From NCBI RefSeq assembly GCF_006345805.1, contig NW_021833035.1, forward strand, positions 23,479 to 87,478: 64,000 nucleotides of DNA. Direction: 5' to 3'. Numbering within the stretch: position 1 is the stretch's first letter; the number at the start of each line of letters is the position of its first letter. Source of the stretch: Octopus sinensis. Taxonomy: Eukaryota. Below are positions 49,143 through 62,200 of this stretch, piece after piece. A program made the position numbers and the translations under genes. Under the pieces are notes generated by a model. The model saw nothing but the letters and a program-made list of their open reading frames with translations. It was not told the origin of the DNA and ran no database searches.

Positions 49143-49469
49143 GTTTCAACGCGTGTTATTGTGTATGTGTTTGTCGCCCATTACCTCTTGACAATGGTGT
49201 TACTGAGTTTACGTTCACGTAACTTAGCGGTTTGGCAAAAGGAACCGAAAAAAGAATTAAAGACTTGGGTCAATTGGTTCGACTAAAATTATTCGAGGCG
49301 GTTAATGATGTCGAACAATTCGACCCTAGCCCTTAATGATGTTATCATTAAAGGCATGGAACTGTGTATTAATGTCCCGGTTGCTAACTGAGGAAGAAAT
49401 AGGGACCTTCTCTGTCTCTCCTATGCGTACGTTTTTTAGTATTTAATGCATTTTATATATATATATATA

Positions 49470-49910
49470 TTGTTTCTTACTGGTCTCAACAGAATCCACG
49501 TCGTGGTGTTTTGTCGGTAGTAAGCATAATAGCTGTCAGTTTAAAGTTGAGTGTAATAAAAAAAGTTCATAATTGTTTCTTACTGGTCTCAACAGAATCC
49601 ACGTAGTTGTTTTTAGCTGTGATATGTGTCCGAATGACCAGTGGCTGAAATGGCAGTAGCAGCAGTGACTGTTGGTAATAGTAGTAGTAACCGTTACCGA
49701 CAAAACACCACCACGTGGATTCTGTTGAGACCAGTAAGAAACAATTTTGAACTTTTTTATTACACTTAACTTTTTAAAAATATTTTTGATAAGGTTCGTT
49801 TTTTCAAGAAGAACCGAAACATGTAAAATTTCTTAGAAAATTAAAATTTATCTTATATAGTGGCGTTTTCAAACTTCTTTTTTATAAATATATACCCACT
49901 CGTATACGAT
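49470..49910. mobile_element. TA-flanked pLTR-like element with direct and inverted repeats and a degenerate hammerhead (49782-49829)
   Basis: ttgtttcttactggtctcaacagaatccacgt at 49470 and 49573, inverted at about 49712-49745. Motif ATTT-TTGATAA-GGTTC..GAACC-GAAA-CATG-TA-AAAT. Confidence 0.6.
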
Positions 49911-49925
49911 CTACACTTATTATAA

Positions 49926-50038
<113 letters not shown>

Positions 50039-50120
50039 GGATTTTAGTATTAAAGAAATCATTAATGTTATCATATCCACGAGAGAAATAGGAGACTATT
50101 TTATTTTTATTTCATTTCAG

Positions 50121-50216
50121 AACTTTGGAATGAACTTAACCAGCCCCTTACACTGGAGAAGATTAACTCCGTGGGATGTGATATAAGTGTTTTCGGCTCT
50201 TATTATTTCGTTGACA
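50121..50216 (+). CDS. PAN gene, possible exon 4 (linker KLWNELNQPLTLEKINSVGCDISVFGSYYFVD)
   Basis: Strong tttcatttcag| acceptor, open frame in phase 1, |gtaaaa donor, 96 nt symmetric; could be skipped without frameshift. Confidence 0.5.
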
Positions 50217-50474
50217 GTAAAACCATTTTTTATTGTTTACTTATTGTGTTCTTTGTTTCTGTTCCTTGTTCCTCATCTTTAATTCATTGATCTTTCTCCA
50301 GTTCTTGCCGAAAGAACTGAAATTAATAAATATCCATTTCTTTCACATTGCATTATTATTTCTACTTAGAGTCTTAATTTCTACTTAGAGTCTTGATTCT
50401 TAGTTAAATAAATTAGCAGTAAATTAATAATTAACATCCTTTCAAAAGGATGTCGTAAAACTAATCCACAAGTA

Positions 50475-51736
50475 CGCGGTGGTATCAAAAACTTCCCGAA
50501 CTTGATACGTTTTGAAAAATAACTTGTTTACCTAAGTTTTCGCATCAAATCCTTTGAAATAGTCACCTTGCGCAACAATACTCTAGCCTCAGCATTCCCG
50601 CCACTTTTAGCTTGGAAGTAGTTTTCCTTAAGCGAGTTGGAAACCTTCTGCGTTTCGATCTGGATTTTGACAATGGTGTTCAGACGGTGGCCTTTAAGCT
50701 GCCTTTTTATCTTGGGGAAGAGATGGAAATTCGCAGGTACTAAATCTGGCGAATAGGACAGGCGCTGAAGCGTAACCATGTTGTTTTTGGCGAGAAACTC
50801 ACGAGTAAGGATGCATTGTCGTCACAAATCCGGTCGCTTTTTGCCGAATGTCCTCTCTAAAACACTTCAAAATATCACAGTAGAACTCTCGACTGATGGT
50901 CTGACCCTGGCGGTCGAAATCTAAATGGTCAATACCTCAGATGTCGAAAAAAAGATGAGCATGCTTTTCATTGAGCTGCGGATCTGTCGGGTTGAGTTCG
51001 GTCGTGGAGATGAAGGACTTCTCCATTTTGACAATTGCTGCTTCACCTCAGAATCGTACTCGTAGACTCGACTTTCATCACCAGCGATGATCCTCAACAT
51101 GAAGTATGGGTCATCAAGGCTGACGGAGAACTTGACAAATTCGGAGCGATGTTTTTTCTGCTCAGTCATCAACAGTGGGGAGAACTTGGTAGAGACATGC
51201 CGCATGTTCAATTCAGACGTTAAGATTGTCTGCACAAATCCATACGACAGACCAACAACATCAGCAATGTCGTTGATTATCTACCTACGATCCTCATTCA
51301 GAAGCTGATGGATTTTTTTCCACATCTCCGAGGAGTGACGCCCGTCGCAGATCTTCCAAATCGCTCATCGTCTTCCAGGGATGTTCTGCTTTTGAAAAGC
51401 CCGTGCCACTCTACATATTGCGTACAACCAATTGCCTCGTTAACCTTAGCTTGCAGAAGCATGTTCAATGTCTCTGTAACAGACATCCCAAGGTTAATGC
51501 AAAAGTTCACGTTGGCTTTTTGTTCTACCATCTTGTCCATGACGACATCGCAGACTACAGCGTACACGTGATGACAAAATCACAAATTTCACAACTTGCA
51601 ATAAGTAAATACAGCGGTGTCACTCAGCACACTGTCTCATAACTATCGTTGGTAGCTCTCACTGCGCACTTAACCGTGTGCTGCTATCTGTGAGCGCGTT
51701 ATAGAACTAGTCCGGGGATTGTTTGATACCACTTTG
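50475..51736 (-). mobile_element. Mariner transposon, both ends present, decayed, intronic
   Basis: TIRs TA|CGCGGTGGTATCAAAA / TTTGATACCACTTTG|TA. Motifs EQKANVNFCINLG, IIAGDESRVYEYD, YSPDLVPANFHLFPKIK. Confidence 0.9.
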
Positions 51737-52162
51737 TACATTTAAAATCTGGAAGATGAATTATTATTAATCGCCGTTTTCATTAAAAAACACAACACGC
51801 TTCGTTACTAACTTGCACAGAAATACCTCAATAAATCTCGCTGGTAATACGAGAACCACTCTACCTCCGAGATAACCAGCTACATACCCCTTCTCATTCT
51901 TCCGTCATACATGCTATTTCACCAGCCAGATCCCGCATCAATTATTATCCCAAATCCCTCCTTTCTAGATTATGCAACACCCAAGAACTCACTCCATACT
52001 TACACTAACCTAAAGATGTCCAAACGGAATATTAGTAACATCAATCTATCGAATCAATAGACCATATCTATTCGTTTCCTTGTACTTTGTCTGACTAGAG
52101 CAATAATTTAATTTATGCTTTTATATTTATTGTGTTTCCTCTTTCCATTTTTTCTATTGCAG

Positions 52163-52356
52163 AAAAAGAAATTAATGGCCAGACAGCTTATTCAACTTTT
52201 TCCTTCAAACCAAATCCATATCACAACCTTGTAACCGAGGCTCAAATGGATGCCCGATCGGTCTTGGATTGTTCACATTTATGTACGGTATCTTCTACAT
52301 GTACCGCCTTTTCATATACTAACACTAAGTGCCAACTAAAGAAACTTGACCTTTAA
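52163..52356 (+). CDS. PAN/Apple-domain gene, terminal exon (PAN-like domain 3)
   Basis: ttgcag| acceptor in phase 1; SVLDCSHLCTVSSTCTAFSY...CQL then TAA. Confidence 0.85.
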
Positions 52357-52464
52357 TGGAATTCACCCCAAAATTATTTACTTCTCAATGAAATGTGAGC
52401 AAGACTTCAACGGATCACATTTGCTAATAATAATTATATCAGATAAAATGTGTGTTTCTTTATC

Positions 52465-52470
52465 AATAAA
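52465..52470 (+). terminator. Putative polyadenylation signal of the PAN gene
   Basis: AATAAA about 110 nt after the stop codon, followed by T-rich sequence. Confidence 0.55.
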
Positions 52471-55400
52471 ATCAACTTAATTATGATAATTCTTTTGTTA
52501 ATTTATTTTTATTTCTAATGTTTTTCGTCTTAAATTAGTCTTCTCTTAAAAATCCATTCACACATTTGAAGATTTATAAGATTTTTAAATTTACCCTTGT
52601 ACCAATGAAACACTTGGTTATTATTTTATCGACCTTTGAAGAATGAAACATTAAGTTAACCTGGACATTATTTAATCTCAAAACGTAACGGGTCTAAACT
52701 AAATACTACAAACAGTTAAACCGAATCTTCAACACATTTTATCCATCATCTAAATAATATAGCAAATAAAAGACTTGCGCTTGGCTGATTTCTTTTGAGA
52801 AATGATAGGATTTGCAATTCAAACGAAACAAAAAATTGCATTAAAGGTGTGTGAGAGTGGCGCCAGACGTGGCATGCAGACCATCATATAACTTGATTGA
52901 TATTTGCATTGCGTTTTTATTCTACTCATCTGTTCTTCAAATTCAATGTGCACATACGCATCTTTTTTCCGGCTCCGACTCAAAACTGTTTATAGATCAT
53001 AACCATCTCACCAACTACATTCGTGAGGAGCACTTCACCCTCCGATGGTGTGAAATAAAAGCTGATGAAGGTAATACCGAAAACTTTTCTGAGGAATATG
53101 GTAAACAATTTATAGGAATCAATGTCTGTTCATTCGAACGTAGGGAAGCACCAAAAATTCTAGACACCATGATTGTTAATTTGAGTTTAGCTCTGGTCTC
53201 TCATAAACTATTTAAGCTGACTGATCTAAACTATCTTTATCAAGGATTACAAAACCAAATTGAAGTTTTGCGTTTCAGCACCTTCTTTGCATATAACGTC
53301 GGTACAGGTTAAACAAAAATCCGAAATCAGTAACAGGAAAAACGTAATTCACTAGCGGTTCGTTTACAAATACAACAGCTCCGTGAGATCTTTTTGATTA
53401 CTGGAGGGTTATACATAGCAGTGAAAAAAAATTGCAATACTGCAATTTAGTTTTCATTGGTTAAGTTTCAGATTTTTTTTTTCTTTTTTCATAGTTTAGT
53501 GAAGAGGGGAGATGGCGGTGGATATGGCGTTTGTAAGTTTTTATGGATTGGTGTGATCGATACGGTTAATCATTAGTTTGAAGATTTGTGTGTTGATATC
53601 TGTTGGGAAAATGGAATCAAGGATTGAATTTCAGTGGCGACCCAATCCAGGCGGATTTAGTTTTAAAAAAGCTCTAAGCACAGGCAGATATTTTATATAA
53701 ATAATAATTTGAGTTTTAATTTAATAAATCAAATTTAAAGTCAACTTCTGAATGTGATTGAAAAACCAAATAAATAAAAAGTTAGCTATGAAAATACAAA
53801 CTACACAAAAGTGATTCTCTTTTCGGTGTTTTGTCGGAAAACGAAAGAGGACGTCTTCAAAATTCAGGTTTTCATCGCATCATCTATTCATAATAATTGG
53901 GCTAAATTATCCGGTTTATTGTCTACCAGGGAATTCTTCAGATAAGACTTGATTATCCATAGCTTCAGAAAGTATTCAAGTATTCATTCATAGCCTACCG
54001 TGTGCTTACAGGCAGTGTTACATCTTCTTGCTGCAGTTCGATCTGTTCGAACGAGAAATCCGTATAGAGATTCAAAATCTCAAGTAAATCGGTTAATGAG
54101 ATCAAAAGGTGTCACTTCCACCCGATGAGTCGCTTTGCATAGTGGAATTCTGACTTCAGGGTGACCAAGTTCAGTTGAAATGTATATGCTATGGCTTTGA
54201 GACAAACAGCGTTCAGAAACTCGGAATTTAGTAATTAAGAATATGAGCGGCTCTCATTCTGCCACCATTTTATGCCGAAAATCGGTGTCAGAGCTCTAAG
54301 AAAATCTGGTTCAATATGACGGTCTCACGGAGAAAATTGATGAAAGGTCCTCTATTAATTTCCACCCGGTTTCCAACGCTCTCCCTGGCCGCCGAGATCT
54401 CCAAATGCTATGGAAGTTTAGGTTTCTCTGATCAGGTACTTAATCGATGACAAAACTTTCGTTTCGTTTGACATCAAGATGTTTAATGCAAATGGATATC
54501 GGTTTCGTTGCTGTAGTCACAGCAGTGAAGATTTTTCATATCTTTACAAAAGATATGATTCGTATTAAAACTTGTTTAGAGAAGACGAAGGCGCAATATT
54601 TCATAAACAAACGTAATAGAAGTACTTGTCTTTAATTTGCTCTCCCATGACTTGATAACCTTACTGAAATAAAGGAGAAATGTCCATAATAAATGAAAGC
54701 TCATAGTGGACAGCATAACACGATCCTGCTGTCAGACCCATAGTGTATTGGACAAGATTTTCGGCTCTGCTGGTTATCTTCGTTTTTCATCTTGTAAGTA
54801 CTTGTACTGATGCACTATGAATCGATCCACAACAGGTAAAGTTGCTGCTGTATGACGAAAATTCCCCGATAGCCTTTACATTTTTGTTAAGAGTTATCCA
54901 CAGCTAGATTCAATTGGTTCAAATACGCGGTGCAGAACGTCTAAGAACGGTTCTGTTTTCGAAATGACCTTTGTTTCATTCAAACTTAATGTAAAGTTTA
55001 AGACTTAGTCAAGTCTTAAGCGAGTAATTCTTTGATTACTGGTTCCATGATTTAAAGAATAATCATTGCGAGTACAATGATATAAGTATTTTGCTTTTCG
55101 TGGTCTCATTATTGTCCCCTTCTTGTCAAACGACCGTGAATAGCATCACAAGTTTCTTTCCCAAATGTTTGATATTCCCACCATACACAACCGGCTGAGA
55201 TATAGATTTGGTACATTTTACCCCAATGCATACTTCCGTTTGAGAAAACTTGTTTTAATGAGTGCTTGCTATTACTATTTTGGGCTTTTTCCTAGAAAAT
55301 ATGGACAACAAAAGGAATATACTCTATTTTGTTGTATGCTGTACTCATTGATGTAATTTAAAAAGCCCTGGATTGGAACTGCGGCAACTTGGGTCAAACA

Positions 55401-55964
55401 TTATTTATTTTTTGAATTCTGGTTGAAAAAGATTTATTGATTTGTTTGTGGCTAATGTTTTTAAGATGAAACTGCCGCTCACAAAGGCGCCTTTTCAAAT
55501 GAAATATTTCCTTATCCTCAAGTCCGCTAGTCCTCCTGTATTTATCACAATACGATCACCTTTATTTCATCTTGCACCTTATTGAATCAGAATCCTATGA
55601 GAATATAACTGTATCATAATGTTCTAATTCTTCAAAACCTGACTCTTTAAGGTCCTTTGGCTCTGAAGAATATTCATTATCTTTGGTTACTTCAGCAAGG
55701 TTCCTTCTTATGAATTAACGTATATCCATATATTGTACTGGGTCTACAATAAAGAATTAACAGCTTGTATGTAAATATTGTTGTTATATAAAATAATGAC
55801 CAAGACGTTTGCCATTTCAGCACCTTGAAACATAAATTCTCTAACGTTGTTGTATCAACACTAAAGAGAAACGAGCAGTATCATCTCATTATCATTATTA
55901 AATGAATTATTATTCTTTTCATTTCAAACATTTGGTATCTAAACCTTCCGACAGTTATTTGAAT

Positions 55965-56165
55965 AAAGCTGCTTGTCTTGCAATTCCTCTACCAGCATGG
56001 TTTGTCCTTAGCCAATGATATAAAAATACAAGACACCTTTTACATATTGATATTTTTATCATTATGTGTTTGGCAAAGAAGTGACGCTTTGGAACTATAC
56101 GAGAGACGGGAAAAGGAAATTACTTAAGGATTCTATTTTCAATGACTGTTTGGAAACTACACAAG
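55965..56165 (+). mobile_element. Helitron RepHel fragment (third copy of the duplicated block start)
   Basis: tggtttgtccttag...aatacaagac...catattgata...tatcattatgtgt matches 19859 and 33713. Confidence 0.65.
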
Positions 56166-56337
56166 TAATTCATTATTTTTAGCTCCTTGCCGAAAATGTC
56201 ACACTTAAGAGATACTGGAAATATTCTGTTCTTTTAAATAAAAACTACATAGTCTTCACGAAACTTATCTTTAGGAAGTTTCTTCCACTGTTTTGATAAA
56301 GTTGTTAACATTTTTCACATACATACACACTCATACC

Positions 56338-56431
<94 letters not shown>

Positions 56432-56966
56432 GGTGAGAAAGTTGGTGTTTGAAAGCACGTGGTTGAATATATAGAAAATAGTAAAAAGTGAAAAAACTAC
56501 AGAAGGCTTGTTTTAAAAGGTTAAAAAATATATATTTGAGTCAATATGTCTGAAGAATGTTATAAATTTTTGAAGAAATGACCGGTTTCGCGTTCAGCTT
56601 TTCAAATTTCTTACATCGTTATGTTTACGTTGAGAAGAGTTCCAGATAAGGGGAGGTAATAAGTGATTTCTTCCGGTGTAAGGGAGATAATCGCTTAAAA
56701 TTTCTTGCCTTTCTTTTGGAGTGAATTTCTCTGTATAAGTATGTTGGAATGGTTAAGTTTGGGCTTGTATTTTTCAATGAAGAATGTTTCCTTGTTTAGT
56801 CAAATTTGTGTAAGAAATTTGAAAAGCTGAACGCGAAACCGGTCATTTCTTCAAAAACTATGTCATTGTATGAAAAAAATTTATAACATTCTTCAGACAT
56901 ATTGACTCAAATATATATTTTTTAACCTTTTAAACAAGCTTCTGTAGTTTTTTTCACTTTTTACTA

Positions 56967-56972
<6 letters not shown>
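56432..56972 (-). mobile_element. Penelope 3' end with inverted pLTR and two variant hammerheads (56573-56612 minus, 56812-56851 plus)
   Basis: Minus strand RLNKETFFIEKYKPKLN (GIY-YIG C-terminus). Arms 56474-56614 and 56809-56971. Motif AAGAAAT-TTGAAAA-GC(tgaac)GC-GAAA-CCGG-TC-ATTTCTT. Confidence 0.75.
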
Positions 56973-57053
<81 letters not shown>

Positions 57054-57429
57054 GTGTGTTTGTGTGTGTGTGTGTGTGTGTGTATGTGTGTATTTATATA
57101 TTATATATATACACATATATGTATATATATAGTTTCCTATTTCTCTCGTGGATATGATAACAGACTACGAATAGTCTGCTACTATCATACTCCCGTATTT
57201 TTTCTCTCCTTCTTTCTCTTCTTTTCCTACACCTTCTTCTTCTTCTTCTTCTTCTTCTTCTCTTCTCTTCTTCTTCTTCTTCTTCTTCTGCTCTTCTTCT
57301 TCGCCGTCTCCTTCTAAAGTTACTACTGCTTAAACAATGCTGCTTAAAACTTCAGTACCAACATCCCTCATATTAGATATTTCTTCAGACCTGCTACTAC
57401 CTACCTGCCGAGCCTTCACAGAAGTAAAT

Positions 57430-57488
<59 letters not shown>

Positions 57489-57562
57489 AGAAAGAAAGAA
57501 AGAGAGAGAGACAGAATGTCACACCTATTTGAAACTATGGAAATATTTTTTAAAAACATTTC

Positions 57563-57651
<89 letters not shown>

Positions 57652-57667
57652 TACATATGTATGAATG

Positions 57668-57716
<49 letters not shown>

Positions 57717-57718
<2 letters not shown>

Positions 57719-58262
57719 TGGTTGCCCCCTCGTTATCGAGTATGGTCATTGCGCGAAGCTTAATCATTGTTGTTATCGTGCAATGCCTGTGCAAGAAGAT
57801 TTTTTTAAGTGAGGAAAGGCTGTGCACTGAGTCAATCACACTCACTAAGCAACAGAAGCCATAATCCGAAAAGAAAAACAAGTCAACATCATCGGTAACC
57901 ACTGAGCCGCACGTTTTATGTCGGAGTTATCCCAGTTACCTCAGTTACCTTCTCCTAGAAGGATGCCCTAACAAAGGCTAGGAGTCCTTCACTCCCAGTG
58001 GTTTAACCGCGCGATCGGGTATTCAGTCCGATTATTTCTATGTCCCCGCGCATGATACAGCCTTAAGACATTTATTGGATGGCCGTTGACTTTCAAGAGT
58101 TCTTCCACCCTTTGACGGGTTTTGTTTTTCATCCCGCAGAATGTCCAATAAACACCCTCCTCACCAAGCAAGCTTGGTGGGGTTACCGGTTAGTCGCCGA
58201 CGACCCGACCATGCAACAAGTTGTACAGGGTTACATGTTACCAGTAGCACTCGAAAGTGACA
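57717..58262 (-). mobile_element. RTE-related non-autonomous retroelement
   Basis: Minus strand carries the RTE-5'UTR-like motif ggcatccttctaggagaaggtaac and an RTE-like 3' end; TA-flanked; no ORF. Confidence 0.45.
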
Positions 58263-58443
58263 TGACATATATATATATATATATATATTTTACTACTACC
58301 ACAAGGGGCTAAACACAGAGGGGACAAACAAGGACAGACAAAGCGATTAAGTCGATGGGTGAAATATTGCTAAGCACTTCATCCAGCGTGCTAACGATTC
58401 TGCTTGCTCGCCGTCTTCAAATAATAATGATAATTATAATTAT

Positions 58444-59244
58444 AATGCGCAGACTGAGACTGATCCTTAAGTCGAAATTAAATGGGTGGAATAAGATTCA
58501 AGCTATCAAAACCTGGGTGGTTTCACTCCTCAGACATGGAGCAGGGGTAATTGCATGGACAGTAGACGAACTAAACAGCTTAGACAGAATGACAAGGAAG
58601 TTGCTAACTAGATATGGGATACTCCACTCAAAAGGTGACACAGAGAGACTGTATGAAACAAGAAAAAGAGAGGACTTACTGGATGCGAACACAGCATTAG
58701 ATCAGAATAAAACAACATAGCATGGTATGTAAAAAATGCCACAGAAGAGCTATTGTTTGAAGTAAGAAGGTCAGGCTTGTGCAGGATGAAGGATTGCAAC
58801 GATAAAAGTGATTTAAAATAGGAAACGGAGGCTCTAATCTGTGTTGCCCAAGAGCAAGCACTAACAACAAATTACATAAAATACAGAATAGACAATACAG
58901 CAGAAAGTGATAAGTGCAGAATATGTGGACAAAACGGTGAAAAAGTATGGCATATTATCAGCCAATGTACGCCACTAGCCCAGAAGGAATATGAGACGCA
59001 CGACTATATAGTCAGGCTTCCATTGGACACTTTGCAACAAGTATGGACTTGACAGAGCAAAATATGGGTACGACCACAAACCTGAAGGCATCGTCGAAAA
59101 TGGAAATGCAAAGATCCTATGGGATTTTATGATTCAGTGCGACCAGGAGATAGAGAATAGGAAGACAGACACAGTCTTAATTGTGAAAGAAAACAAACTA
59201 TGCTGGATCATAGATATAGCATGCTCAGCTGACAACAAGGTGTG
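58444..59244 (+). mobile_element. R4/Dong LINE fragment, cut off by the satellite
   Basis: RRLRLILKSKLNGWNKIQAIKTW, ETEALICVAQEQAL, CRICGQNGEKVWHIISQC, ILWDF, IIDIACSAD. Confidence 0.88.
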
Positions 59245-62200
59245 CGGTTTGAACCGGTTTGTCGGCACCGTATTACATCTTTGTCGGCATACTCCTTGAT
59301 CTCTATCGGCACCGCCTTTGATCTCTGTCGGCACCATCTTTGATCTCTGACATTCCTGACATTCCTGACATTCTGACATTCCAGACATTCCTGACATTCC
59401 TGACTTTCCTAACATTCCAGACATTCCAGACATCCCTGACATTCCTGACATTTGAACCGGTTTGATCAGGCTTGATCCAGTTTGAACAGTTTTGATCCGA
59501 TTTCAAGCGGTTTGATCCGTTTTATCCGGTTTGAACCGGTTTAATCCGGTTTGAACCGGTTTGTCAGCACCGTATTTGATCTTTGTCGGCACACTCCTTG
59601 ATCTCTATCGGCACCGTCTTTGATCTCTGTCGGCACCATCTTTGATCTCACATTCCTCACATTCCTGACATTCCTTACATTCCAGACATTCCTTACATTC
59701 CAGACATTCCTGACATTCCAGACATTCCAGACATTCCTGACATTCCTGACATTCCAAATATTCCTTACATTCCTGACATTCCTGACATTCCAGACATTCC
59801 TGACATTCCTGACATTCCTGACTTTCCTGACATTCCAGACATTCCAGACATCCCTGACATTCCTGACATTTGAACCGGTTTGATCAGGCATGATCCAGTT
59901 TGAAACGTTTTGATCCGGTTTCAACCGGTTTGATCCGGTTTTATCCGGTTTGAACCGTTTGATCCGGTCTGTACCGGTTTGTCGGCACCATATTTGATCT
60001 TTGTCGGCACACTCCTTGATCTCTATCGGCACCGTCTTTGATCTGTCGGCACCATCTTTGATCTCTGACATTCCTCACATTCCAAACATTCCTGACATTC
60101 CAGACATTCCTGACATTCCTTACATCCTGACATTCCTTGCATTCCTGACATTCCTGACATTCCAGATATTCCAGACATTCCTGACATTCCAGACATTCCA
60201 GACATTCCTCACATTCCAGACATTCCTGACATCCCTGACATTCCAGACATTCCTGACTTTCCAGACATTCCTGACATTTCAACAGGTTTGGATCGGTTTA
60301 ATCGAGTTTGAACCGGTTTGATTCGGATTTATCCGGTTTGACCCGCATTGAACCGGTTTGAACCGGTTTGATCTGGTTTGAACCGGTTTGTCGGAACCGT
60401 ATTTGATCTTTGTCGGCACACTCCTTGATCTCTATCGGTACCGTTTTTGATATCAGTCGGCACTGACTTTCATCTCTGACATTCCTCACATTCCAAACAT
60501 TCCTGACATTCCAGACATTCCTGACATTCCTGACATTCCTGACATTCCTGACTTTCCTGACATTCCAGACATTCCAGACATTCCTGACATTCCAGACATT
60601 CCTGACATCCCTGACATTCCAGACATTCCTGACATTCCAGACATTCCAGACACTCCTGACATTCCTGAATTTCCTGACATTCCAGACATTCCAGACATCC
60701 CTGACATTCCTGACATTTGAACCGGTTTGATCAGGCTTGATCCAGTTTGAAACGTTTTGATCCGGTTTGAACCGGTTTGATCCGATTTGAACTGGTTTGA
60801 TCCTGTTTCAACCGGTTCGATCCGGTTTGATCCGGTTTGATCCGGTTTGAACCGGTTTGTCGGCACCGTATTTGATCTTTGTCGGCACACTCCTTGATCT
60901 CTATCGGCACCGTCTTTGATCTCTGTCGGCACCATCTTTGATCTCTGACATTCCAGACATTCCTGACATTCCAGACATTCCTGACATTCCAAACATTCCT
61001 GACATTCCTGACATTCCTGACTCTCCTGACATTCCAGACATTCCTGACATTCCTGACATTCCAAACTTTCCTTAGATTCCTGACATTCCTGACACTCCAG
61101 ACATTCCAGACATTCCTGACATTCCTGACATTCCAGACATTCCAGACATCCCTGACATTCCTGACATTTGATCGGGTTTGATCAGGCTTGATCCAGTTTG
61201 AACCGTTTTGATCCGGTTTCAACCGGTTTTATCCGGTTTGAACCGGTTGATCGGGTTTTGACTGGTTTGTCGGCACCGTATTTGATCTTGTCGGCACACT
61301 CCTTGATCTCTATCGGCACTGTCTTTGATGTCTGTCGGCACCATCTTTGATCTCTGACATTCCTCACATTCCTGACATTCCTGACATTCCAGACATTCCT
61401 GACATTCCTGACATTCCTGACATTCCTTACATTCCTGACATTCCTTATATTCCTGACATTCCTGACATTTCAGACATTCCAGACATTCCTGACATTCCAG
61501 ACATTCCTGACATTCCAGACATTCCTGACATTCCAGACATTCCTGACTTTCCTGACATTCCAGACATCCCTGACATACCTGACATTTGAACCGGTTTGAT
61601 CAGGCTTGATCCGGTTTGAACTGTTTTGATCCGGTTTCAACCGGTTTGATCCGGTGTGATCCGGTTTGATCCGGTTTGAACCGGTTTGATCCGTTTGAAC
61701 CGGTTTGTCGGCACCGTATTTGATCTTTGTCGGCACACTCCTTGATCTCTATCGGCACCGTCTTTGATCTCTTTCGGCACCATCTTTGATCTCTGACATT
61801 CCTCATATTCCTGACATTCCTGACATTCCAGACATTCCTGACATTCCTGACATTCCAGACATTCCAGACATTCTTAAATTCCTGACATTCTTACTTTCCA
61901 GATATTCCAGACATTCCTGACATTCCAGACATTCCAGACATTCCTGACATTCCAGACATTCCTAACATCCCTGACATTCCAGACATTCCTGTCATTCCAA
62001 ACATTCCTGACATTACTGACATTCCTGACTTTCCTGACATTCCAGACATTCCAGACATCCCTGACATTCCTGACATTTGAACCGGTTTGATCAGGCTTGA
62101 TCCAGTTTGAACCGTTTTGATCCGGTTTGAACCAGTTTGATCCGATTTGAACCGGTTTGATCCGCTTTCAACCGGTTTGATCCGATTTCATCCAGTTTCA

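Noticed and set aside
52851-53312. 153-aa ORF downstream of the PAN gene
   Set aside because: GTG start, no recognisable motif or splice context
53642-55376. 10-bp inverted match CCAATCCAGG/CCTGGATTGG bounding 1.7 kb of decayed coding-like DNA
   Set aside because: Too short, no TSD, and the interior cannot be assigned confidently
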